A DNA stretch of 64,000 nucleotides from Eledone cirrhosa (lineage: Eukaryota), in assembly GCA_964016885.1 (NCBI GenBank), contig OZ024749.1, positions 372,001-436,000 of the forward strand, written 5' to 3'. Each line of letters starts with the position of its first letter. The stretch's first letter is position 1. Shown in pieces: positions 11,614 to 24,208 of this stretch. Both the position numbers and the translations under genes were made by a program. The notes under the pieces are model-generated. The model saw nothing but the letters and a program-made list of their open reading frames with translations, had not been told where the DNA came from and did no database searches.

Positions 11614-11821
11614 TTTTTTGTTTTCTGTTTTCCTTTTCTTTTCTTTTTTTATATGTAATATTATATATACAAATGGGAATAAAATAGATCTATATAGTGT
11701 TAAAAAGAAATTATGAAGTGAAACATTTACCACGAAAATACAATAGTATATATAGAGTAAAGTAAGTGTTATGTGAGATATTATGTAAGGGGTAAGCCTT
11801 TATTGTGAAAATACAATAGTA

Positions 11822-14800
11822 TCATCATCATCATTTACCATCCATCTTCTAGGCTAGCATGGGTTAGACAGTTTTGTTCCATTTGGTGTGGGAATGGTCG
11901 GGAGCCAGTGGCTCGCTCTCACGGTAGTGTCTCTGGCAGGTTTTTCACAGCTGAATGCCCTTCCTAACACCAACCACATTTGCAGTGTGGACTGGGAGCC
12001 TTTTCACCGTGTCTCCTACACGGCCATCTTACAGTATGGACTGTTGTGTCATCGACACAGTGGACGGAACGGAAAAGGGAGGATGGGGCAGGGTGTGGCG
12101 GTGGGGTGTACATTGGGTTAAGAGGTGCCTACTGACTGTAGGTTTGTATGCAATGGCAGTCTGGTCTTCTGTACAACTGCATGGCACCAAAGATCTCGAT
12201 CCAGTGTCTTAGAGAGGTGCAGGTTTTCCTTGGTCTACCCACTCCATAGCTTCCATCAATTTTCATTGCCCTGCACTTTTTTGTTTAGCTGTCGTCCTTC
12301 ATACACATCACATGTCCATACCAACACAATTTCCTCTCCAAAACACAACATTTGATACATCTTATGCTTAGTCTCTCTCTCAATTCGTTTATGCTTTACC
12401 ATTCGAGTACATTACTATTACACATCCATCGGAGCATGCAAGCTTCATTTCTTTCTAATCTACGCAGGTGGTCAGCACACAACGCCCAGGTCTCACTACC
12501 ATGTAATATCGCTGTTCGTATACAAACATCATACAGTCTGCCTTTCACTTTTAGAGAAAAAACCCTTGTGGCCAACAGCGGTATTAGCTCTCTGAACTTT
12601 TTTAATCCCGTTCTAACTCTGGCTACTACATTTTCAGAGCACCCTCCTCCACTGCTGATTTTGTCACCCAGGTACCGGAAAGTGTCTACTATTTCTATAG
12701 AACCATCTGGGCAGTTGGAGATAATATCCAATGGGTCCTTGCTACTTACTGCACCTGTGATCCCACTACATCTTTTATATACTCATAGTTTGCATTTGGG
12801 ACATAGAATGGAATTTCTACCTACTCTTTTCCTACAAACTGAGCATGACCATTTCCCAGTGGGCACCTGTGCAATATTCTCCTTTCTACATACTAGAACT
12901 TTAGTCTTAGATAAGTTATCTTTAAGGTCTTTTGATTCTAGGCCATCCTTCCATGTTTGGAACTTCTTCTCTAGTTCAGCCATAGATTCAGCTATGAGAG
13001 TTAGATCATCTGCATATAGAAGTTCCCATGGGCAGCCAGTCTTAAACCCCTCTGTTATAGCCTGAAGGGCAATAATAAACAGGAGGTGGCTAAGGACAGA
13101 GCCTTGGTGAACCCCTACTATTATGCTAAATTCATCACTATATTCATTGATAATTCTAACCTTGCTGACTGTTCCTCTATACATGGCTTGTATAGCTCTC
13201 ATAAGCCATTCTTCCACGCCTAGTTTTTTAAGAGCCCACCAGATAATGGAGCGGGGGACTCTGTCAAAGGCTTTTTCCAGGTCTACAAAAGCTAAGTAGA
13301 GGGGTTTACTTTTAGCTAGGTACTTCTCCTGTAGTTGTCGTACAAGGAAAAGGGCGTCTGTGTTACTTTTACCTGACACAAACCCAAACTGCATTTCATC
13401 TAGATCAATTCGCTCTCTGATTAGTTGTGCTATAACTCTTTCTGTGACCTTCATGACCTGATCAACTAACTTAATGCCTCTATAGTTTCCTCTATCTAGG
13501 GCATCTTCTTTGCCCTTGTAACAGTCATTTGGTATGACCCCATTCTGTATTACATGGTTTACTATCCAGGTGACCATAGTATGTCTCACCATTCCAGATG
13601 CTTTCAACATCTCAGCACCTATCTCCGAAGGCCCAGCTGCCTCGCCTGTCTTCATATCTTTGATTGCCTTACTTATTATATTACCTTTAACTTGCACCAC
13701 TGGTCCCTCTATTGGATCGATTTGGGGCAGACTATCTTTGTCCCATTTATTCTCCTCATTTAGTAGTCTCTTATAGTGACACTTCCAGGCTATCTTCTTA
13801 TCAGTATCAGTGATGGCAAGTGCACCATCATCATTACAGACACACGTCTCTCCGACAATATTACAGTTTTCCTTGATACATTGTCTTGCAATCCTGAACA
13901 CCTCACGTCTTTGGTCCTCACATTGTAGAACATGCTTGAACTTACTATCCTCTGCTTCTCTCTTTGCAAGGTATACTTGTTGTCTAGCTTTGCTCCTAGC
14001 TACCCGATAGAGTTCTCTACTACCTCCATCCTACCATTCTTTCCAAGCCTGCTTTTTGCCCTTGATGAACTCCTCCACCTTACTGTTCCACCACCATGTC
14101 ACTCTCCTCCTGCCTAAAGGTCTGCTACAGCCACAGATTTCATCTGTCGTCTTCAACAAGTTAACTTTCAGGAATTCCCACTGTTCCTCTATATTGCACG
14201 TCTCTAATTGCTCTTCCTTATTGTCAAAGGCATCAAGTAATAAGCTTTTAAATTTGTTACTGGCTGTGGGGTTCTCCAACTTCCATAATCTTCTCCTTAA
14301 GGTATTCCTCTGCCGGCAAGTACATCTGGCCCTGACTATGAAATTATGTTGGGAGGCGCATTCTTCGCAAGGGAGGGACTTAGTGTTCAAAACAGATACT
14401 TTGTCTCATATTCTAGTAAGGATAAAGTCTATCTGGCTGGTGTGCTCCCCTGATCTATACATGATCAAATGACTGTCATGTTTTTTGTGTTGCAGACAGT
14501 CAGGTCATTTGCATCACAGAAATCCAGGATCCTGAAGCCTTCCTCATTTCTAGTATCAAACCCATAACCTCCATGGACACCATCATAGCCATCACAATGT
14601 TGTCCAACTTGACCATTAAGGTCACCATCAATAATTATATAGTCACTGTTGGGTATCTGGGAGGTAGTGAGCATTAGAGACTCATAGAACCTGTCTTTAA
14701 TAACATCTGGTAATCCTGATTGGGGTGCATAAGCAGAAATAATAGATACAGTTGTCCTATTTAGTACTAATCTTATTTTAATGATCCTGTCATTCACTCT

Positions 14801-17056
14801 CATCATCATCATCATCATCATCATCATCACCGTTTACGTCCGTTCTTCCACACTAGCATGGGTTAGACGGGTTGTCCTGTTGTGGGCAGTGTCTGGTCGG
14901 CTGACCATGCCTTGCTCATACAGGAACTGATTTGGCTTGATTTCTACAGCTGGATGCCCTTCCTAACACCAACCTCATTTACAGTGAGTGCTGGGTGCTT
15001 TTTCGTGGCACCTACACGTCCACTTTACAGTGTGGGCTGGGTGCTTTTTTGCCGTGGCACCTCCACGACCACCTTGCGGGGGGGGGGGGGGGGGGGGGGG
15101 GGGGCATATTGTCTATATGCTTCAGCTTGTACCCATGGGAGGTCGGGTAGTCTGTATTACTGCGTGACGCCAGAAGTCACGGTCGTGTGTCATTGCCTTT
15201 GAGAGGTGTAATTGGGTAAGGTCGGCTTTTATCACCTCATCCCAGGTCATCTTGGGTCTCCCCACTCCGCGGTTTCCATCAACTTCTAGTGCTCTGCACC
15301 TTTTTATGCAGCTGTTATCCTTCATACGCATCACATGTCCATACCAGCGCAACCGCCTCTCCTGCACACAGCATTTGATTCCTCTTATGTTCAGTCTCTC
15401 TCTCAATTCATTTATGCTTTGTCGTTCACGTATATTACTGTTACACATCCATCGGAGCATGCAGGCTTCGTTTCTCTCTAATCTACGTAAGTCTTCCACC
15501 TTCAGCGCCCAGGTCTCACTACCATGCAACATTGCTGTTCGGATACACGCATCATACAGTCTGCCTTTCATTCTGAGGGAGAAGCCTTTTGCAGCTAGCA
15601 GTGGTAGTTCTTACCCTAGTTATTGTACTTTCTGAACACCCACCTCCGCTGCTAATTCGGTCACCTAGGTAGCAGAAGCTGTCTACTGTTTCTACAGACC
15701 CCTCCCAGAGATTGGTGGTACTTGTTTCCTGTGGCTGTTTGCTGCTTGCTGTCTCAGCACAACTGCTGCATGTGAAGCCTACATTCCTGAGATCCCGCTA
15801 CATCTCTTGTGTACCCATTGTTTGCATTTGGGGCAGAGAATGGAGTTCCTACCTACACCTTTCCTACATACTGAGCAGGGCCATTTCCCTGAGGGGATTT
15901 GGGTTCTGTTTTCTCGTCTACTTACAAGGACCTTAGTCTTTGTCATGTTGACTTTGAGACCCTTTCTTTCTAGTCCCTGCTTCCAAGTTTGGAATTTATT
16001 CTCTAGTTCTACCATAGATTCAGCTATGAGTGCGAGGTCATCAGCATACAGGAGTTCCCATGGGCATCCGGTCTTAAACTCCGTTATTGCCTGCAGGACT
16101 ATGATGAACAGGAGAGGGCTAAGAACTGAGCCCTGGTGGACCCCAACCTGTATGCTAAATTCCTCGCTATACTCATTGCTAATCCTAACTTTGCTGACTG
16201 CTCCCCTATACATGGCTTGTACCGCTTTCACAAGCCATTCATCTACTCCTAGTTTTCTAAGAGCCCACCAGATTACAGCACGTGGAACTCTGTCAAAGGC
16301 TTTCTCAAGGTAGACAAATGCCAAGTAGAGTGGCTTACTTTTAGCTAGGTACTTTTCCTGTAATTGCCTCACAAGGAAGAGGGCATCAGTGGTGCCTCTT
16401 CCTGGTACAAACCCAAATTGCATCTCGTCTATTTTCACCCGGTCCCTAATCAACTGTGCTATAACTCTTTCTGTTACTTTCATGACCTGGTCCATCAACT
16501 TTATACCCCTATAGTTTCCTCTATCTAGTGCATCGCCTTTACCTTTGTAGCAGTTGACAATGATGCTACTGCACCAATCTTCTGGTATGGCAATTAACTT
16601 GTCTACCCATTTTTCTGCTAACATAATTCCAATACCACCCAGCCCGCTATCACAACCCATCCAGAAAAGTTTATAGCATTGTTTCCTGCCCACAATGAAT
16701 CTAGCAGACCCACGCCTCCACCTCGTCTCTTGAACACAACAAACATCAACTTCCTTACATTCAAGCATCTCTACAACCTCGTTTGAACGACTTTTCAATG
16801 TGCCGACATTCATGGTACCAATTCTGAAATTTTGCTGGGGGGGCATAGGGACGAGTGTGGCAGACGGAATTGTCTTGGGCTTCCATATCTGATATAAAGA
16901 GGAGCGCTTGCATACTCGTCCTGAAAGGGGAGGTGAATTTATATTGGTCATTGTGAGTGTTCATGTTCCACAACTCTGTAATCTATTTATCGTACAAACA
17001 GCAACTAGATCTAAGCTTAAGAAGTATCAGCCTTGCAACAGAGATGAGCATTAGAA
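11822..17056 (-). mobile_element. Near full-length degenerate RTE LINE (APE endonuclease + RT), interrupted at 14799-16590
   Basis: EN N-terminus GTMNVGTL...CVQETRW at 16590-16950; EN continuation RVNDRII...SAYAPQ...GDLNG at 14465-14798; RT 12783-13901 with YADD; (CAT)n tail at 11822. Confidence 0.9.
14799..16590 (-). mobile_element. Younger 5'-truncated RTE nested in the same orientation inside the endonuclease region of the host RTE
   Basis: (CAT)n 14799-14830; RT from IPEDWCSS to the C-terminus is nearly identical to 25860-27370. Confidence 0.9.
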
Positions 17057-17363
17057 AGTATATATAGAGTAAGGTAAAATATATATAGAGTAATGTAAAT
17101 GTGAGGTAAAGCTTTTACTGTGAAAATACAATAATATAGATAGAGTAATGTGAATGTAATGATCTCTCAACTCAGAGAATCTTTCCTGAGACATTCTAAC
17201 CACATGTCATAGTATCAGAGCTGTGATCTCTCAATCCAGAGATTCTCCCCTGAGACATTCTAACACTAGAGCCCTTGCCATTCCCTTCCTTTTCTGTTAG
17301 TTTTTTTAATATTTTCTTCTATTACATTCCATTTTTTTTCTCAATTATTAAACATATTTACAG

Positions 17364-17478
17364 TTACTGTCTGGTCACACTGAAAGCTGCTATCATCTAC
17401 ATGAAAGAACAAACCACGCTGAGCTCACGTCCAGTTTCTGATCCGACTCCAACAATACAACGTAGCCATACATTACAG
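17364..17478 (+). CDS. VPS9-domain protein, exon c: YCLVTLKAAIIYMKEQTTLSSRPVSDPTPTIQRSHTLQ
   Basis: Acceptor catatttacag, donor cag|gtaagc; 115 nt, phase 2 to phase 0; YxLxT..AA is the VPS9 C-terminal helix. Confidence 0.88.
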
Positions 17479-18119
17479 GTAAGCAATAAATATTGGCGCC
17501 TTTGCCATAACCACCACCACCACCATCATCATCATATGTCTGTTTTTCCATGCTTCTTCTTTTTCTTCTTGTCATCCAACTATCTTGCTCGGAGTCTACC
17601 CCTGGGTCTCCTACCTGTTGGTTTTGCCTGTAAAATCTGTCCAGTGATTCATTCCTGAGTCATTCTAACCATATGTCATAGTATCAGAGCTGTGATCTCT
17701 CAATTCAGAGAAGTAGCAACTCTACCTGGAGTGACTCTCTGATCTCCAACCTATGCACTCTATCAAGTAACCTTACTCCAAAGACCCTTCAGAGGAACAC
17801 CCATTTCGGACGCTTATATTTGCGATTGTATTCATTACCTAAGATTCATGACCCCAGGTAAGGGTTGGCATGAAAACCGAATTGAAGATAGAGAGTTTGG
17901 CTTTTACACCTACCGCCCTTCTTCTGATTACTGAATGTTGAAGCTGGCCTATTATTGCACCAGTTCCTGTAATTCCTGCACTTACTTCAGCCTCCTGCCT
18001 TCCACCACTCAGGAACACGGCCCTGAGTTACCTGAACTTCTTTACCTGCTTCAGTGGAACTGCATTCACTTTACCTTGATGCTGAGGTTCTGCAAAACAT
18101 TTTCCTTTATACACACACA

Positions 18120-18580
18120 TACTCTGAATGCCTTGCTTCCCTGGGCATGGATACATTGATGCTCCGACATCTGGCAACTGACTTGGTAAACACCCACAAA
18201 ATTATTGACCATCTTGCCAACAACAACCCTGAGCACCTTTTTGAATTCCATGTGTCTAACACACGTGGACATGCCAACAAAGTCAGAAAACATCACAGCT
18301 CCCATTTGGAAACATTTTTTAATGCTCAGAGTTACTGAAGTAGGGCACAAACTACTTGCATCAGTTGTTAGCTGTCAGGACACTGCATCCTTTAAAACTT
18401 ACCAACGCTACCCCTGATATCCCCCCTCCATACACACACACGTATCTGTGTGTATATCATGACTCGTACACTGTTAATTTTCCTTACATTTGTACATTAT
18501 TCTATGTACTATACATGCACCTTTGATGAGTTGTAGTGCAGCTGAGCACTGTACACAATAAGTTTCATTATCATCATCAT
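18120..18580 (+). mobile_element. CR1/L2-group LINE 3' end
   Basis: YSECLASLGMDTL.LR.LATDLVNTHKII...NTRGH..KVRK...FF; second copy at 43265-43690. Confidence 0.75.
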
Positions 18581-18600
18581 AATATATATATATATATATA

Positions 18601-20610
18601 TTTATTAAAATAACAGATTAAAGTTTAAGCAAAGAATCGCTGCTTTCACCCTTAACGGATCTTCTGAAACTAACAAAGTCAATCTGTGAACGCAGAAGTG
18701 AATATTTAAAAAAACGTTGCAACCGAAGGAAGACAGGAAGACGATACTTTGGTTCGTTCAAACGTTCCCACATCAAGACGTAAAATATCCACGTATACTT
18801 CGTACTATCCGTTAGGGTATAATGTGGGGCTGTAATACAGGAAAGTTTTGTGCAATTTATGTTTACAAGCCAAAATTGCCTCAGATTTTTTGTTTAAGAC
18901 GTGGTCTTTGGCGTAGAGTATTTCCAGAGCCTCAGCGGCGCAGAGGTCACATGGTCTTTTATTTCCGTTATACGATCTAACCCTAGCAAGGATTTCTCAG
19001 TGTAACTTATATTGGGTGTGGTCGTCTTTTAGACTCCAGATATAAGCTGAAAGTGACGTCATATTCCTTCTTAAAGGGTAACGAAAAAAATGGGTATGCA
19101 TGTAAAGATGCTGCTTGAATCTATTGGCAGTTAACCCTATGTAGGCCCTACGGGACGTGGATGTTTCAACCTTACATTTGTAGACAATGTTACTAGAGAG
19201 GCATTTCCCGGATAGGGGGGCAGTCAACGCGATTCCTACAATTACAGTTAGTACTAACTACAGGGTTGCACATGTTCCTACGGCTAGGTAGTTTAGCTAA
19301 ATTTGAAGTTGTGATGTTATGTGCAAGGTTAGGAGTCGTAGAGTAAAAAATTTTAATAGTATTTCTATTAAAAATGTTACTATATTTATGTGTAGGGGAA
19401 AAATGCACCATAATAAGGGAGAGAAAGATCTTAGCTAATGGTGTGGCCACCTCCATATTATATGGTGGGTTATACCATATAATGCGTCGGGATCTATTTC
19501 TTCTAGGTCTATTCTCGTACTCTGTATATGTTACCTCATCGATAAATCCACTCCAAGCAAGAGCTTCATTGTAATATGTGGAATGGTCATTGAAAATATG
19601 CTCGTTAGTAGATAGACGGAAAAGCCTCAAAGAAACGTTTCTTACCGGGTTCTTGGTTATGCTGGCAGGATGGTTAGAATGCTTACTTATGTAATTAAGC
19701 GTATCATTCGGATTTCTATACGGGTAATGAAAGCCATTCGACAAATTGAGGGTAACGTCGAGGTCATTAATGACAGAGAGGTTGGCCTCAACCTGTATGG
19801 AGAGATTGAAGCCTTTAAAGAAGGCTGTGAGTTCTTTTCTGAACCTGTCGCAAGCACGTGGGCCGCACTTAGTCATGGTCAAAAGACCGTCATCACGGTA
19901 CAAATCACTGCCTACGTTAGGGAATTCTTCCTTGATAGAGAAAAGAAGGAAAAGGCTGATAAGATCAGTAACCTTCGCAGAATCGCTGGCGCCCATACTC
20001 ACGTCGAATGGGCTACTATTGGATTTTTTAATCCAAATAGAGTCATCGAAATTAATCACCGACTTACGGGCATTGAGGATGACATCAACTTCGAAATTGA
20101 TAGCTCTAAGGAGAAGTGGTAAAGTGATGGAGGAGTAGTAATTATTGATGTCGAATTGGATAAAACGGCAATGTTCCTTGTTGCATATGCCGTTGAACCA
20201 ATCAATCACCGCGAAAGAATTGTTCCAGAGTGCAAAAGGGGCCAATCTTCTAATTTCAGGTATAATTCTATCAAGAATCCTTTTCCTAAGTCTACCTAAA
20301 TCGGACTTCGTAAGGTTAATAAGCTGAATAGAAGGGTTGTTCGGAAAATTGGATTTGTGATCCTTCAGGGTAAAGTGGGGAGAAATAGGGTCCAGAGGTT
20401 CAGTCCGGTCGAGGATGTTGAGATCAGAGGTGATTTTAAACCCAGCATCGTTGATTTCATTAATGACGCTCTGATTAGTTTTACGGTAATCCTTAGTTAC
20501 AGCATTATGTAGCAGTTGATGGTAAGTACTGCGCTCCACTTGATATAGATTGCCAGTTTTGTCGGAATGGACGTGCACAGCATTAGAATCCTTAATAGAA
20601 CGAATTCTAT
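18601..20610 (-). mobile_element. Penelope-like element (Naiad-type): RT + GIY-YIG endonuclease, left arm
   Basis: ORF 19193-20641 with QFDINNYYSSI, MGASDS, LYRDDGL and CNCRNRVDCP; frameshifted endonuclease IVY...YIGLT...FKQ and C-terminal PCDLC. Confidence 0.9.
18613..18687 (-). ncRNA. Hammerhead-like motif in the pLTR (mirror of 21736-21810)
   Basis: Reverse complement of the motif at 21736-21810. Confidence 0.55.
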
Positions 20611-21908
20611 TCTTCAACCTCTCCATACAGGTTGAGGCCAACCTCTCTGTCGTTAATTACCTCGACGTTACCCTCAATTTATCGAATGGCTTTCATTACC
20701 TGTATAGAAAGCCGAATGATACGCTTAATTACATAAGTAAGCTTTCTAACCATCCTGCCAGCATAACCAAGAACCTGGTAAGAAACGTTTCTTTGAGGCT
20801 TTCCCGTCTATCTACTAACGAGCATATTTTCAATGACCATTCCACATATTACAATGAAGCTCTTGCTTGGAGTGGATTTGTCGATAAGGTAGCATATACA
20901 GAGTACGAGAATAGACCTAGAAGAAATAGATCCCGACGCATTATATGGTATAACCCACCATATAATATGGAGGTGGCCACACCATTAGCTAAGATCTTTC
21001 TCTCCCTTATTATGGTGCATTTTTCCCCTACACATAAATATAGTAAAATTTTTAATAGAAATACTATTAAAATTTCTTACTCTACGACTCCTAACCTTGC
21101 ACATAACATCACAACTTCAAATTTAGCTAAACTACCTAGCCGTAGGAACATGTGCAACCCTGTAGTTAGTACTAACTGTAATTGTAGGAATCGCGTTGAC
21201 TGCCCCCCTATCCGAGAAATGCCTCTCTAGTAACATTGTCTACAAATGTAAGGTTGAAACATCCACGTCCCATAGGGCCTACATAGGGTTAACTGCCAAT
21301 AGATTCAAGCAACATCTTTACATGCATACCCATTTTTTTCGTTACCCTTTAAGAAGGAATATGACGTCACTTTCAGCTTATATCTGGAGTCTAAAAGACG
21401 ACCACACCCAATATAAGTTACACTGAGAAATCCTTGCTAGGGTTAGATCGTATAACGGAAATAAAAGACCATGTGACCTCTGCGCCGCTGAGGCTCTGGA
21501 AATACTCTACGCCAAAGACCACGTCTTAAACAAAAAATCTGAGGCAATTTTGGCTTGTAAACATAAATTGCACAAAACTTTCCTGTATTACAGCCCCACA
21601 TTATACCCTAACGGATAGTACGAAGTATACGTGGATATTTTACGTCTTGATGTGGGAACGTTTGAACGAACCAAAGTATCGTCTTCCTGTCTTCCTTCGG
21701 TTGCAACGTTTTTTTAAATATTCACTTCTGCGTTCACAGATTGACTTTGTTAGTTTCAGAAGATCCGTTAAGGGTGAAAGCAGCGATTCTTTGCTTAAAC
21801 TTTAATCTGTTATTTTAATAAATATTTGCTCTACAGTTCATATATATTTGATATATATTTATCCTTATCGAGCCCTCTTTGGATTTTAGTCTTCAAATTT
21901 ATTTTTAT

Positions 21909-21912
<4 letters not shown>
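20611..21912 (+). mobile_element. Penelope-like element, inverted right arm (RT C-terminus + GIY-YIG + pLTR)
   Basis: Near-identical reverse complement of 18601-19812, with an extra ~90-bp 3' extension ending in (TA)n. Confidence 0.9.
21736..21810 (+). ncRNA. Type I hammerhead-like motif with variant core CAGAAGA
   Basis: acagattga...agttt-CAGAAGA-tcc/ggg stem II-GAAA-gca...tgc-TT-aaact...ttaatctgt. Confidence 0.55.
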
Positions 21913-21951
<39 letters not shown>

Positions 21952-21976
21952 TGTAATAAACAACATAAGGCAATTA

Positions 21977-22037
21977 TTTCATTTACCAGTGGTTTCTTAA
22001 AAGCAAAAACATTTTGCTTTCAATCATCAGAATGAAA
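21977..22037 (-). ncRNA. Type I hammerhead ribozyme, antisense mirror copy
   Basis: Reverse complement of 22116-22176 with a few substitutions in stem/loop II. Confidence 0.8.
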
Positions 22038-22115
22038 AAATCCTGGTGTATTTATTGACGTTGGATTTTAAAAAACCTTTTTTAAAATCCAACGTCAATA
22101 AATACACCAGGATTT

Positions 22116-22176
22116 TTTCATTCTGATGATTGAAAGCAAAATTTTTTTGCCTTTAAGAAACCACTGGTAAATGAAA
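22116..22176 (+). ncRNA. Type I hammerhead ribozyme with canonical core
   Basis: tttcatt-CTGATGA(22123-22129)-ttgaaagcaaaa/ttttgcctttaa-GAAA(22157-22160)-cc act gg-TA-aatgaaa; GTA triplet 22167-22169. Confidence 0.85.
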
Positions 22177-23270
22177 TAATTGCCTTATGTTGTTTATTAC
22201 ATAACTATTAAGCTCTGTTACCTACATAGAGCACTCTTTTTTCCTGGACTTTTCCAACGGAATTACTTCATTTATATATATATATATATAAACAAGGTAA
22301 AAAGCAAATAAGCTAATCAAGAGGAGAGAAAACTGATTAGTTATGCAGATTACTAGCTAATATAGAGAATGTCAGTATGCTCAATACATATAGGTTGCTA
22401 GACTAGCGAGCCATGCGATTAGCTGGAAAGAGAGAAATTTTAACAATCGTATAATAAGCAGAGCAGAAGATCCTATTTAAAATGCTGGAGAGAATAACAA
22501 AGATTTATGAGTACATATACATATTTAATGGCTGATAAGTTGTTTCAAATATTGCACTGACATTGATGTTGTAATATCGAATATTAATCGATATTAGTCC
22601 ATTAAAAATAAATAACTGTGTCAATATCATCCTCACTCCTTAAAAAAAAATGTTATAACATATTAATTCATAAATTAAATTATTTCACCGAAATGAGAAA
22701 CCTACTTTAAATGTGGGATGTTGATAATAAAAGGATGGAATTGAAAAATCGTTACAGCATCCATTTTGTATTGGTTTGAAAATAAATAACATTCAAAGGG
22801 AGATAATTAGGTAACAGGGGAGATAATTAAGTATAGGTGTTTAGTCAAATATTAGGACAGGAATGATAACACTAAAATGTCGAGTAAGTTATAGGGAAAC
22901 ATTAAAAATAAATATTAATAACATTAAAGAAGATGAGCTGAAAGTATAACCAGTTAATAATAAGGAGATGTAATAATAATTATTAACATGGGATAGTTAG
23001 AGTTTAATTAACCTATTGAGATCCTAATGGGTAATAAAATTAAATATAGGGTATAATGTTGAAAAAGTATATAGGTAATAGAGTGTAATGTAAAAAGAGG
23101 TTATATTGTAAATGAAAGTAAGAAAGTAGGAAATAGTTAGATAAGGGGATATGTAATAGGTAGTTAAAGTATTATTTTAAAGGGGAGACACTAAAAAATA
23201 AAGGGAGAAAGGTTGAAATAGGTTTAGGATTGGTAGAATAACTAGAGTATAGGATATGACAAGGTAGAAA

Positions 23271-24208
23271 GTGGAAATAGTTAGGTTTAGGAGGGATAGG
23301 AGAGGGAGCTAGAGTAAGGGGGTGTCTGGGTAGTAGAAATAGTTAGGTTTAGGAGGGATAGGAGAGGGAGCTAGAGTAAGTGGGTGTCTGGGTAGTGGAA
23401 ATAGTTAGGTTTAGGAGGGATAAGAGAGGGAGCTAGAGTAAGGGGGTGTCTGGGTAGTAGAAATAGTTAGGTTTAGGAGGGATAGGAGAGAGAGCTAGAG
23501 TAAGGGGGTGTCTGGGTAGTAGAAATAGTTAGGTTTAGGAGGGATAGGAGAGGGAGCTAGAGTAAGGGGGTGTCTGAGTAGTAGAATAGTTAGGTTTAGG
23601 AGGGATAGGAGAGGGAGCTAGAGTATGGGGGTGTCTGGGTAGTGGAAATAGTTAGGTTTAGGAGGGATAGGAGAGGGAGCTAGAGTAAGGGGGTGTCTGG
23701 GTAGTGGAAATAGTTAGGTTTAGGAGGGATAGGAGAGGGAGCTAGAGTAAGGGGTGTCTGGGTAGTGGAAATAGTTAGGTTTAGGAGGGATAGGAGAGGG
23801 AGCTAGAGTAAGGGGGTGTCTGGGTAGTAGAAATAGTTAGGTTTAGGAGGGATAGGAGAGGGAGCTAGAGTAAGGGGGTGTCTGGGTAGTAGAAATAGTT
23901 AGGTTTAGGAGGGATAGGAGCGGGAGCTAGAGTAAGGGGGTGTCTGGGTAGTGGAAATAGTTAGGTTTAGGAGGGATAGGAGCGGGAGCTAGAGTAAGGG
24001 GGTGTCTGGGTAGTGGAAATAGTTAGGTTTAGGAGGCATAGGAGAGGGAGCTAGAGTAAGGGGGTGTCTGGGTAGTGGAAATAGTTAGGTGTAGGAGGGA
24101 TAGGAGAGGGAGCTAGAGTAAGGGGGTGTCTGGGTAGTGGAAATAGTTAGGTGTAGGAGGGATAGGAGAGGGAGCTAGAGTAAGGGGGTGTCTGGGTAGT
24201 GGAAATAG
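23271..24208. repeat. 62-bp G-rich minisatellite, ~15 copies
   Basis: Unit gtggaaatagttaggtttaggagggataggagagggagctagagtaagggggtgtctgggta. Confidence 0.97.

Larger units (their letters stand above)
21946..22275. mobile_element. Palindromic solo Penelope-type pLTR (~130-bp arms centred near 22077) with 3' tail
   Basis: 21946-22075 is an almost perfect reverse complement of 22079-22208; tail gctctgttacctacatagagcactct...caacggaa matches 2155-2220; flanked by (TA)n. Confidence 0.85.

Noticed and set aside
21424-21426. In-frame TGA in the Naiad-type endonuclease as selenocysteine
   Set aside because: Some Naiads are reported to use Sec, but this TGA falls at a position I recall as Trp (W-x-I-L), not Cys, and I see no SECIS; more likely TGG to TGA
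22523-22605. Possible minus-strand hammerhead (ttaatgg/ccattaa stem with GAAA)
   Set aside because: The CUGANGA core is not recognisable; at most a fossil
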